Origin: Steroidobacter sp. | GTDB taxonomy: Bacteria; Pseudomonadota; Gammaproteobacteria; Steroidobacterales; Steroidobacteraceae | Reading direction: 5' to 3' | DNA length: 64,000 nucleotides | Assembly: GCA_025929585.1 (NCBI GenBank) | Contig: JAICPY010000001.1 | Coordinates: forward strand, 29,802 to 93,801 | Shown: in pieces, positions 55,399 to 64,000 of the stretch | How the letters are laid out: every line of letters starts with the position of its first letter | Position numbering within the stretch: the stretch's first letter is position 1 | The notes under the pieces: model-generated | Databases searched by the model: none | The model's input: only the letters and a program-made list of their open reading frames with translations | Told to the model about the DNA's origin: nothing | Position numbers and translations under genes: made by a program

Positions 55399-56532
55399 CT
55401 AAGGCGCTAACGGCTCCAACCGCAACACCTTTCCTTTCGGCATATCGGTGATTAGATAGATCGATCCATCTTGCGCCTGCTGAATGTCGCGAATGCGTTG
55501 TTTGAGCTCGCCCAGATACCGGGTTTCTTTGACGACTTTGCCGCCTTGCATCTCGAGGCGAACCAGCGCCCCGGGGGTCATCGAGCCCACTAGCAGATCG
55601 CCTTGCCAGTCTTTGAACGCCTCCCCGGTATAGAAGATCGCACCGGACGGAGCGATGACCGGATCCCAGTAGTAGACCGGCTGTTCCATCCCGGCTTTCG
55701 CCGTGCCTTCTCCGATCTTTTCGCCGGAATAGTCGATGCCGTAGGTAATCACGGGCCAACCGTAATTTTTGCCGCGCTGCGGGTTGTTCAATTCATCGCC
55801 GCCGCGAGCCCCGTGCTCGATCGTCCATAGCTGCTGGGTTTGCGGATGGAGCGCTGCTGCTTGGATATTACGATGACCGTACGACCAGATTTCCGCCTTC
55901 GCGCCGTCACGCTTCGTGAACGGATTATCCGCAGGCACGCTGCCATCGCTCTTCAAGCGGATGACTTTGCCTATCGTGGTGGACAGGTCTTGCACTTTCG
56001 GTCGTTGGTTGTAGCGATCGCCGGTCGTGATGAACATCGTGTCGTTTGGCCCGAATACGATGCGCGAGCCGAAATGCAAATTGCTGTCCACCTTGGGGCT
56101 TTGGCGCCAGATCACTTCCACGTTCTCCAGTGCGTTTGTTCCCAGCTTGCCGCGCGCTACCGCGGTGCCACTGCCGCCTTGGCCCGGTTCGGAAAAGGAG
56201 AAGTAAACCAGCGAGTCACTCGCGAACTTCGGACTCAGCGTCAAATCGAGCAATCCGCCTTGACTCGCCGCCGCGATCTTCGGCAATCCTTGCAGTGGAG
56301 CAGACGCCTTGCCGTTCTTATCTATCAAACGCAAGCGGCCCGCGCGCTCGGTAATCAACATCCGCCCGTCAGGAAGCAATGCGAGACCCCATGGATGCTC
56401 GAATCCCTCGGCGACTGTCGTGACGTTGAAAGGGCCCGCTTCCGATGCAGGTTGCGGCGAGCTAGGTGCTGCCGCATGCGCGACACCGACGGCGAGACTG
56501 GCAAAGAATGTGACGCACGGGACTGCTGACAT
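55399..56532 (-). CDS. PQQ-dependent soluble sugar (aldose) dehydrogenase, GSDH family
   Basis: Signal peptide, QGGLLD, HFGSRI, YGHRNIQ, EHGARGGDELN, NYGWP. Confidence 0.92.
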   Translation of the reverse strand: MSAVPCVTFFASLAVGVAHAAAPSSPQPASEAGPFNVTTVAEGFEHPWGLALLPDGRMLITERAGRLRLIDKNGKASAPLQGLPKIAAASQGGLLDLTLSPKFASDSLVYFSFSEPGQGGSGTAVARGKLGTNALENVEVIWRQSPKVDSNLHFGSRIVFGPNDTMFITTGDRYNQRPKVQDLSTTIGKVIRLKSDGSVPADNPFTKRDGAKAEIWSYGHRNIQAAALHPQTQQLWTIEHGARGGDELNNPQRGKNYGWPVITYGIDYSGEKIGEGTAKAGMEQPVYYWDPVIAPSGAIFYTGEAFKDWQGDLLVGSMTPGALVRLEMQGGKVVKETRYLGELKQRIRDIQQAQDGSIYLITDMPKGKVLRLEPLAP

Positions 56533-56608
56533 GAACGCTCCTGGGAAACTGCGGTTTGTATTGAAGATGAGTATCGGAAATCTGAGTAAGCGGCGACGTT
56601 AAGTTCCG

Positions 56609-57274
56609 TCAGTTCACGATCGCAAGAGTGAGCCCATCGTAGCCTTTGACGCCGACCGTCTGCAGTGTCGTCGCACTGACGCGCTGGTCGTTGGCAAGCG
56701 CTTCGTGCAATCGACGCACGCCGACCACATTCTCATCGCCGGAATGCGCATCGATCAGCGCGCCCTTACGCACGACGTTATCTACGACGATCATCGCGCC
56801 CGGACGCGAGAGTTTGACTGCCCAGTCGAAGTATTCAGGGATGTTGGCTTTGTCGGCGTCGATGAAGGTGAAACAAAACGGCGCCTCGAGTTCCTTCTGC
56901 AACAACGGCAGCGTGTCCAGTGCGGCACCGAGGCGGATTTGCACACGCTCGCTAAGAGCGGCTCTTTCGATATTGGATCGCGCGACCTCGGCATGTCTTG
57001 CATCGAGCTCTAGACTGATGAGATGTCCGTCAGCGGGCAGGGCACGCGCGAGCCAGATCGTGCTGTAGCCTCCCAGCGTGCCAATCTCCAGGATCCGACG
57101 TGCGCCCACGCACCGGGCAAGAAGCTGAAGAAGCTTTCCTTGGTTGGGGGCGACGCTCAGTGCGGGAAGCCCGGCGGCATTGCTCGCCGCCACTGCGGCC
57201 CCCAATACCGGGTCATCGCCCGAAATGTGCTCTGATATGTATGCATCGACGGCCGTCCAGAGTGTCTGACCCAT
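56609..57274 (-). CDS. SAM-dependent O-methyltransferase (caffeoyl-CoA OMT-like)
   Basis: ILEIGTLGGYS, FIDADK, VVDNVVR. Start at 57274. Confidence 0.92.
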   Translation of the reverse strand: MGQTLWTAVDAYISEHISGDDPVLGAAVAASNAAGLPALSVAPNQGKLLQLLARCVGARRILEIGTLGGYSTIWLARALPADGHLISLELDARHAEVARSNIERAALSERVQIRLGAALDTLPLLQKELEAPFCFTFIDADKANIPEYFDWAVKLSRPGAMIVVDNVVRKGALIDAHSGDENVVGVRRLHEALANDQRVSATTLQTVGVKGYDGLTLAIVN

Positions 57275-57904
57275 GAATTTGGACCTTTGGGAGTGATTTG
57301 GGAGATGCTCGCCGGACAATCGGCTCAACTATGTATCGTCCGCGCAACGAATTAGTGCAATACCCTGTAGGGAAACGGCGTGCACACGCGGAACCACGTC
57401 AAAAACAAGGCCCCGCGACCCTTGTACATCGCTGTCATGCGCTTGACAACGTTGCTAGAACGCGCCACATTCCACGCGCGTTCAAGCGTCGCCGCCACAA
57501 AGGTGCGCTGGATGGGGGATGACTTCATTGGGAAACACGCCACAAATCGGACCAAACCAAGGATCCGCTGCCGGTGTGCAGGCCCTCCCATCGAGCTCAT
57601 TGTTGTGTCGGACGCACGAAGCAATTGCGTCGCTTTATACACACTCGAAATCTGGCATTAACAGTGAAATGACTCTCCGCGGGCGCGCCTGAAGGCGCTC
57701 AGCCTGATAGCGCGCGTAAAGAGGTCTCTCATTTCTTTAAGGGGTAGGTTGAAGATGCTGATCCGAAGAGAGCATTCACACCTCGCACTGACAACCGGTG
57801 CGGTGCTTTGCACCGTGTTGGCTTAGGCGCGACACCCAGTCATTAGTTCCAGAAAAAAAGAACAAAAGAAGTACGAATCTACAGTGCTGAGGAGAACTCA
57901 CTCT

Positions 57905-60900
57905 ATGAAATCGAAATTTAATCGAAAGGTCCTGTTCACCATCGTGGGTGGCGCGGTCCTGATCAATCCGGTGTACGGCCAAGAAGCCGCAACGGAAGAA
58001 CTGGAAGAAATCGTCGTTACCGGTCTGCGAGGCTCACTGAAAGCCTCCATGGAGACCAAGCGCGATGCGGTCGGCGTCGTCGACGCGATCAATGCCGAGG
58101 ACATCGGTAAATTCCCGGACACCAACCTGGCCGAATCGCTGCAACGTATTACGGGCGTGTCGATCGACCGTCGTAACGGCGAAGGCGCGTTGGTCACGGC
58201 TCGCGGCTTCGGTCCTCAATTCAACCTGGTGACCTTGAACGGCCGTCAGATGCCTGGTGCAGAAGGCTTCGGCAGCGGTGACGTGATCACCGGTGGCCAA
58301 AACTCCGGCAGCCGCTCCTTCAACTTCGCTCAGCTCGCGGCTGAGAGCATCAACGCGGTGGAGGTCTACAAGACCGGCCGTGCTGACATCGCAACGGGCG
58401 GCATCGGCGCCACCGTCAACATCAAGACGGCGCGTCCTTTCGACAATGATGGCACTGTCATCAACGTCGGCGCGAAAGCAGTGAGCGACACGACGAACCG
58501 CGTTGGCAGCGATGTGACGCCGGAAGTGTCGGGTCTCTTCAGCTATGCGAACGACGACAAGACCTTCGGTGCCAGCTTGAGCGCGAGCTACCAGAAGCGC
58601 GATTCGGGCTCGATCCAGTCGACGGTCAACCAGTGGAACATTCAGGCATGGGATGACGATCCGGAAACGAACCGCGGTCGCGGTCCTTTCGCCGAAAATG
58701 CAGTCATCGAAAACCCACTGCAAGACGGCCAGCTGTTCGGCATTCCGAACGATATCCGTTACGCGTTCTCGGATTTCGAACGTGAACGTATCAACGCACA
58801 AGCAGTCCTGCAGTTCGCGCCATCCGACACGATGACGTTGACCCTTGACTACACCTTTGCGCAGAACGACATCACTGAAGATCGCGGCGAGCAGACGGTA
58901 TGGATGCAGCGCAATGGCTTCACTCACGTGATCTTCGATACCGATGAGGAAGTTGCGACGCCTGTGTTCCTCCAAGAGATGACCGGCGCGGGCAAAGACT
59001 TCGGTTACGAGCAGCAGCACAACGAGCAGCGCAATGAGCTGAACTCACTCGGCTTCAATGCCGATTGGGCCGTCAGCGACCGCCTGACCGTGGGGTTGGA
59101 CTATCACACCTCCAAAGCCGAGAGCACGCCGAATGACGGACTCACCGGTGGCAGCCAGACGGCGTTCAGCCTTGCAGGCAAAGTGCCCTCGACTGGTAAC
59201 TGCGCTGAAGGCGAGTGCACGAACTTCTGGACGCAAGAGTTCCAGTTCAACAATGGCTTGCCAATCGCAGGTCGCACGCTCTATCCGACGAACACGGCCG
59301 CGCTTGCAGGCACGGGCGGCAACTCGCAGTTCGTGTTCGATGCCGCCACGCTCGGCTCGCAGGTTCTGCGCCTGAACTATCAGGAGCAGGAAACCGAAGT
59401 CGATCAGCTGCGCCTTGACGGCGCTCTGGAATTCGACGAAGGCCGACTGCAATTCGGTGTGGAAACGCGCGAGATGGACATGACCCAGCGCACCTCGACC
59501 GGCTACATGGGCCTGGGCGACTGGGGCGTGGGCGACTTGGGTACCGTTCCGGACATGGTCGCTTTACTCACGCCGTTCAGCCTCACTGGCGAGTTCGACG
59601 ACTTCAATTCAACCGGCGCACCGTCGGCAGGTTGGAAGGGCAATGCCAACGCGTTGGCGCTCTGGGGTGTTGCGAACTACGGCAATTGGAACGAAGGCGC
59701 GGCGCCGGACGGCGAGTTGCGCTACAACCCCGGTTTTGCCAACTACAACATCGTCGGCGAAGATACGACGTCGTTCTACGCGCAATTCGCGTTCTCGGCC
59801 GACGTGGGCACGATGCCTGCGAACTTGGTCGTCGGCGCGCGCTACGAGCGGACGGACGTTACCTCCACGTCGAACATGTTGCCCGTACAGCATCTGCTGT
59901 GGCAGGACGACAATGACTTCCAGGTCAGCCGTTCAGACTCGATAGCGGATACGGTCACGGTCACTGAGAACCACACCTACGACAACATCCTGCCGAGCTT
60001 GAACTTCGACATCAGCCCGCTGGATTCGTTGAAGGCGCGTTTCTCGTACAGCAAGACGATTGCGCGTGCGAACTACCCGCAATTGACGGCGGCTGTCAAT
60101 CCGAACGGTCCAGGCGGCTCGACGCTCAACGGCTTCCAGGCATCGGGTACGGCGAACAACCCCGGGTTGTTGCCGCTCGAATCCACGAACATGGACCTGT
60201 CCTTGGAGTGGTACTTCTCGGATAACGGCTATATCTCGGTCGGCTATTGGGATAAGGACATCAGGAACTTCATCGGTAACGAGAACTTCCAGCAGCCCAT
60301 CGTCGGCTTAGGTGGCGCGAACATCAAGGATCAGACGGGTGGTCCGCGTGCGGCGGCGGCACTGGCTGCCCTGCAGCAGGGCGGCTTCGGCACGGATGAC
60401 TCCGCGTTGTTCACGATGATGGCGATGATGGAGAACGCCGATGAAGATCCATTCTGGTACGACGTCGACAGCGACACAGTCCAGGATGCGGACGAAATCT
60501 TCGTTGGTGGTGCGGAGAACTACGACGGCTCGAACAACCAGCACGTGGCCTTCGCGACGCAATACGATCTGATCCCGAATGCAGAGGATCCGGATTACGT
60601 CTTCTCCGTAGCGCGGCCTATCAACAACAGGGAGGCGAGCATCGACGGTTGGGAATTCGGCGGTCAGTACTTCTTCGGCGAGAGCGGCATCGGCATCTTG
60701 GCGAACTACACGATCGTCGAAGGCGACGTCAATTTCGAGAACGGCGCACCTCCGGGAGACTCGCAGTTCGCGCTGGTCGGCTTGAGCGACTCGGCGAACC
60801 TTGTGCTGATGTACGAGAACTTCGGACTATCGGTCCGTCTCGCGTACAACTGGCGTGACGAGTTCCTGTCGAACGTCAACTTCGGACAGTTCAACAATCC

Positions 60901-61093
60901 GATCTACGTCGAAGAGTACGACCAGATCGACCTCAGCATCGGGTATGACATCAACGAGAATCTCGCGATCTCGTTCGAAGGCATCAACCTGACCGAGGAA
61001 GATGTCCGTTGGCACGGCCGCTCCAGCAAGCAGCTGTGGAGACTCGAAGACCAGGGTGCACGTTATGCCCTGGGCGCCCGTTATAAGTTCTAA
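57905..61093 (+). CDS. TonB-dependent receptor
   Basis: Signal peptide, TonB box EEIVVTG, plug (DIGKFPDTNLAESLQRITGV), NPGLLP, C-terminal RYKF; RBS GAGGAG. Confidence 0.97.
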   Translation: MKSKFNRKVLFTIVGGAVLINPVYGQEAATEELEEIVVTGLRGSLKASMETKRDAVGVVDAINAEDIGKFPDTNLAESLQRITGVSIDRRNGEGALVTARGFGPQFNLVTLNGRQMPGAEGFGSGDVITGGQNSGSRSFNFAQLAAESINAVEVYKTGRADIATGGIGATVNIKTARPFDNDGTVINVGAKAVSDTTNRVGSDVTPEVSGLFSYANDDKTFGASLSASYQKRDSGSIQSTVNQWNIQAWDDDPETNRGRGPFAENAVIENPLQDGQLFGIPNDIRYAFSDFERERINAQAVLQFAPSDTMTLTLDYTFAQNDITEDRGEQTVWMQRNGFTHVIFDTDEEVATPVFLQEMTGAGKDFGYEQQHNEQRNELNSLGFNADWAVSDRLTVGLDYHTSKAESTPNDGLTGGSQTAFSLAGKVPSTGNCAEGECTNFWTQEFQFNNGLPIAGRTLYPTNTAALAGTGGNSQFVFDAATLGSQVLRLNYQEQETEVDQLRLDGALEFDEGRLQFGVETREMDMTQRTSTGYMGLGDWGVGDLGTVPDMVALLTPFSLTGEFDDFNSTGAPSAGWKGNANALALWGVANYGNWNEGAAPDGELRYNPGFANYNIVGEDTTSFYAQFAFSADVGTMPANLVVGARYERTDVTSTSNMLPVQHLLWQDDNDFQVSRSDSIADTVTVTENHTYDNILPSLNFDISPLDSLKARFSYSKTIARANYPQLTAAVNPNGPGGSTLNGFQASGTANNPGLLPLESTNMDLSLEWYFSDNGYISVGYWDKDIRNFIGNENFQQPIVGLGGANIKDQTGGPRAAAALAALQQGGFGTDDSALFTMMAMMENADEDPFWYDVDSDTVQDADEIFVGGAENYDGSNNQHVAFATQYDLIPNAEDPDYVFSVARPINNREASIDGWEFGGQYFFGESGIGILANYTIVEGDVNFENGAPPGDSQFALVGLSDSANLVLMYENFGLSVRLAYNWRDEFLSNVNFGQFNNPIYVEEYDQIDLSIGYDINENLAISFEGINLTEEDVRWHGRSSKQLWRLEDQGARYALGARYKF

Positions 61094-61151
61094 TGACTGC
61101 ACTTAGGTGCAGCACCGTTAGAATCTGATAACTGGTGATGTTCGAATGAAG

Positions 61152-61184
61152 AAGGCCGCTGTTCATCAGCGGCCTTTTTCTTTT
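61152..61184 (+). terminator. Intrinsic terminator after the TonB receptor
   Basis: Stem AAGGCCGCTG/CAGCGGCCTT, 5-nt loop, followed by TTTCTTTT. Confidence 0.85.
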
Positions 61185-61301
61185 CTGATTTCGTCTTAAG
61201 ATCGCTCTGTGTAGTTGACCGACTTCCCGGTCGGTGACTCGAACTGCTAGATCGCAGACCGAGCGATCCGGCCTGACGCTCCGGTGTTAACAGGATTCAA
61301 G

Positions 61302-62054
61302 ATGACCAAACACGTCATGCTCAACAACATCGCCCACAAGGATCTGCGGGTGATTACTCGGTACGGTGCCGAATTTGGCGACAATGTCAGCACGGTGCTG
61401 ACATTTCCCACCGAGTACCAGGATATGCAGCGCGAGTACCCGATTTTCTTTCGCAAGGATTCAGCAACCGGCGAGTATCAGTCCGTTGCGTTGCTGGGCT
61501 TCGAGAAAGATGAAAACTTGTTCCTCGATGCGAATCGTTGGACGGCTTCATATGTCCCTGGAGTCCTCGTGCGAGGGCCGTTTCTGATCGGGTTCCAGGA
61601 GCAGGACGTCGAGGGCGAATTGCGCAAGGAACCAGTCATTCACATCGATCTGGATCATCCCAGAGTAAGTCGCACCGAAGGTGAGCCGGTATTCTTACCC
61701 CAGGGGGGCAATAGCCCTTACCTGGACCACATAGCCAAGGTACTGCGCGGCATCCGCGATGGCTTAGGCATTCAGAAAGCAATGTTTGCTGCGTTCTCGG
61801 CGTTGGATCTCATCGAGCCCGTCAAACTCGAAATCAAGCTCAGCGCGGAGGAGGCATATAACGTAGTCGGTTTGCACACCATCAATCGAGAGAAACTCGC
61901 AGCGCTCGACGGTGAATCGCTCGAGAAACTGAACAGAGCTGGATTTCTGCAGGGAGCTTTTCTGGTGATCTCCTCGCTCAGCAACGTGAACAGACTGATG
62001 GCGCTCAAGCAGCGCAAGCGCATGCAGATGGGACGCAGCTCGGGAGCAGCGTAG
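61302..62054 (+). CDS. SapC family protein
   Basis: LNNIAHKDLRV, EYQDMQREYPIFF, LLGFEKDENLF, YVPGVLVRGPF. Confidence 0.88.
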   Translation: MTKHVMLNNIAHKDLRVITRYGAEFGDNVSTVLTFPTEYQDMQREYPIFFRKDSATGEYQSVALLGFEKDENLFLDANRWTASYVPGVLVRGPFLIGFQEQDVEGELRKEPVIHIDLDHPRVSRTEGEPVFLPQGGNSPYLDHIAKVLRGIRDGLGIQKAMFAAFSALDLIEPVKLEIKLSAEEAYNVVGLHTINREKLAALDGESLEKLNRAGFLQGAFLVISSLSNVNRLMALKQRKRMQMGRSSGAA

Positions 62055-62076
62055 CCGCGCGGTCGCGGGAGTCAAC

Positions 62077-62757
62077 GTGCAATCTCGTGTCGACTATATC
62101 GGTAACGACCATGCACCCGTGATCGTGATCGAGGATGCGTGGCCGAATGCGCATGCTTTGGTCGAGGCGGCCGCGCAGCGGCAAGACTACGATCTAAGAT
62201 CGCTGTACTACCCCGGACTTCGGTCTCCGGCGCCGCAGGAGTACGCGAGGGGCATCGTCGCCGAGCTTTCCAGCCTCATTCGATCGACATTCGATGTGTC
62301 CGACGATCTGCTGATCACCGATTCGACGTTTTCGCTCGTCGTGACTCCGCCCGAGAAGCTCGTCCCGTTTCAGCGGGTTCCTCACTTCGACTCTGTGGAC
62401 CAAAATCGGATTGCCCTGCTCCATTATCTGTGCGACTTGGGTGGCACTTCGTTCTATCGTCACCGCAGCAGCGGAAGAGAGACCGTGACCGCAGAGGCCC
62501 AGTCGGAGTACATCCGGCAGGTTAACGCGGAAGTGAAAACCCATGGCTTGCCGCCGCCGCAATACGTCGATGGCGATACGGAATTGTTCGAGCGTATCGC
62601 GAGATACGATGCGGCATTCAATCGAGCCTTGATCTACCGCGGCAGCATGCTGCATTCGGTCAACGTCCCACCGGACTTCGCGCCAGACACAAACCCGCGC
62701 ACGGGCCGCCTCACGATCAATACGTTTCTCACCGTAACGCCTAAGAAGAATCGCTGA
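62077..62757 (+). CDS. DUF6445-like putative 2OG-Fe(II)-type oxygenase
   Basis: YYPGLR, QRVPHFD (HxD), GGTSFYRH, FNRALIY...LHS, GRLTINTF. Confidence 0.75.
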   Translation: MQSRVDYIGNDHAPVIVIEDAWPNAHALVEAAAQRQDYDLRSLYYPGLRSPAPQEYARGIVAELSSLIRSTFDVSDDLLITDSTFSLVVTPPEKLVPFQRVPHFDSVDQNRIALLHYLCDLGGTSFYRHRSSGRETVTAEAQSEYIRQVNAEVKTHGLPPPQYVDGDTELFERIARYDAAFNRALIYRGSMLHSVNVPPDFAPDTNPRTGRLTINTFLTVTPKKNR

Positions 62758-62760
62758 ATG

Positions 62761-63210
62761 CTATTCCGGCGGCACCCAGTAAATTGCGTCCTGTTTGCAG
62801 ATGTAAGCTTGATAGGAGTAGTGAACTGCGAGGCGAGTAGGCACCAAATTTGACACTTCGTAGCGTCCTCCGATGCTGGGCGGAATCTTGAAGCCGTAAC
62901 ACTCGTGTGCGCTGAGATTCATACCCGCCCGACGACACGCATCGACCAACTCGATCCGGAGCCACTGGTTAGCGTTGTCGGCACTATCCAATAACGTTGC
63001 GAAATGCTCACGATCGGCGGCGACTTCAACGCATGTTCCCAGGCCGACATCCAGTCGCAACACTGCGCCGTTCTCGGCGAGGACAAAGGCATCACCGAGA
63101 CGGTTCACCAGCCACAGCTTGAAACGAGGTGGCAGCGGCGGTATCCAGAAACTGAGAAGCGCGGTCCAGTCCTTTCCCGTCTGTGCGATCAGATAGTCGT
63201 GGATGTTCAT
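62761..63210 (-). CDS. Tdi1/DUF1851-like (T6SS DNase immunity-type) protein
   Basis: NRLGDAFV and ECYGFKIPPSIGGRYEVSNL motifs. Start MNIHDY at 63210. Confidence 0.65.
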   Translation of the reverse strand: MNIHDYLIAQTGKDWTALLSFWIPPLPPRFKLWLVNRLGDAFVLAENGAVLRLDVGLGTCVEVAADREHFATLLDSADNANQWLRIELVDACRRAGMNLSAHECYGFKIPPSIGGRYEVSNLVPTRLAVHYSYQAYICKQDAIYWVPPE

Positions 63211-63324
63211 GAGTGCAAAATAGTACACGCGAGCCGAGTGCACGAGCGTCGCTCTTGCCTCAACACGTGCGCTCGAAGAATTGGCCTTATACTGATTCAG
63301 CCCCTGCAAAGGTAGCGATGACTC

Positions 63325-64000
63325 ATGGTTCAAGTCGCGGGAAAGATTCGGGTTTTGGAAGGTTGTCAGCGAGACAATCTTCTCCTCACTGAGTTAGTCG
63401 CCTCGGGCCAGCCGGCAGTGCTGAAGGGCTTGGTCAGGGATTGGGGCATCGTGCGTGCCGGGCTCGATTCCGATCAGGCTGCAATGCAGTACCTGAAATC
63501 CTTCTACAACGGCAAACCCGTCGGCTATTCGTATGGCGAACCGCAGATCGCGGGGCGCCCTTTCTACACGGAAGACTTTTCGGCGCTGAACTGCGTCGTC
63601 AAACGCGATCGCCTCGCGGAGGTGCTCGATCAGATCGAGACGCACTTACTCGACGAGCATCCGCCTACTTACTATGTAGCCTCGCTTTTGGTCGATTCGT
63701 GCCTGCCTGGGTTCAGAGAGAAAAACGACATCGATCTGAACGTACAGGGCATCGAATCGCCTCCGACGATATGGATCGGTAATCGCACGATCGCATCGTG
63801 CCACTATGACGCCCCCAACAACATCGCCTGCTGCGTGGTTGGGAGGCGCCGATTCACGCTGTTTCCGCCCGATCAAATCTTCAATCTCTATCCCGGTCCG
63901 CTCGAACCTACGCCGGGCGGCCAAGCGGTCAGCGTAGTGGATTTCGCGCAGCCGGATTTCGGGAAGTATCCGCAGTTCCGCGAAGCGCTCGCTGCCGGTC
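63325..64000 (+). CDS. Cupin-like (Cupin_8/JmjC) protein, truncated by the window end
   Basis: Open frame from the ATG at 63325 to the end (not in the ORF track): PAVLKGLVRDW, IWIGNRT...HYD...NNIAC...RRFTLFPP...LYPGP. Confidence 0.85.
   Translation, partial: MVQVAGKIRVLEGCQRDNLLLTELVASGQPAVLKGLVRDWGIVRAGLDSDQAAMQYLKSFYNGKPVGYSYGEPQIAGRPFYTEDFSALNCVVKRDRLAEVLDQIETHLLDEHPPTYYVASLLVDSCLPGFREKNDIDLNVQGIESPPTIWIGNRTIASCHYDAPNNIACCVVGRRRFTLFPPDQIFNLYPGPLEPTPGGQAVSVVDFAQPDFGKYPQFREALAAG

Noticed and set aside
57298-57661. Short ORFs in the O-methyltransferase to TonB receptor intergenic region
   Set aside because: No RBS, motif or signal peptide; better explained as regulatory DNA.

Overview
Core-chromosome window of a roughly 60% GC gammaproteobacterium. 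Gene content and sequence style suggest Steroidobacteraceae or a relative (inference). Left to right: OMP beta-barrel, polA, lptM-like lipoprotein, hotdog thioesterase; a minus-strand arginine operon (argR-argG-DUF1611-argC-argD-argF'-argB-argH) with tandem ARG boxes; rarD, Nudix, tamB-tamA, NRDE, nudC; a divergent FlhC-like / tandem-FlhD-like regulator pair; dinB, fadE, mdh, otsA, MscS; an Mla/Pqi-like ABC operon, PLD, a Tat-exported Gfo/Idh/MocA enzyme, a Cys/Met PLP enzyme; TetR-TolC-MFP-RND; cNMP-patatin, gspB-exeA, yadGH, PQQ sugar dehydrogenase, O-methyltransferase; and the start of a TonB receptor-SapC-DUF6445-cupin locus interrupted by a Tdi1/DUF1851-like gene. I saw no rRNA, tRNA, CRISPR array, transposase or integrase. 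Four signals stand out. (1) The arg operon has no acyl-on (ArgA/ArgJ) or acyl-off (ArgE) gene but carries a DUF1611/DgcN-like gene, and its ArgF' has Ala at the acetyl/succinyl switch, which points to a succinylated pathway with a non-canonical acyltransferase. (2) More than 20 gene junctions carry 7/8/9-nt tandem repeats, mostly as inverted arms with fixed polarity, stop-codon-bearing units and a shared inner GTCAGA/TCTGAC-like motif. (3) The FlhDC-like pair has no flagellar or conjugative neighbours. (4) A 189-bp rod-like palindromic element abuts the tamA start. All family calls come from motif recognition by eye, with no database search.
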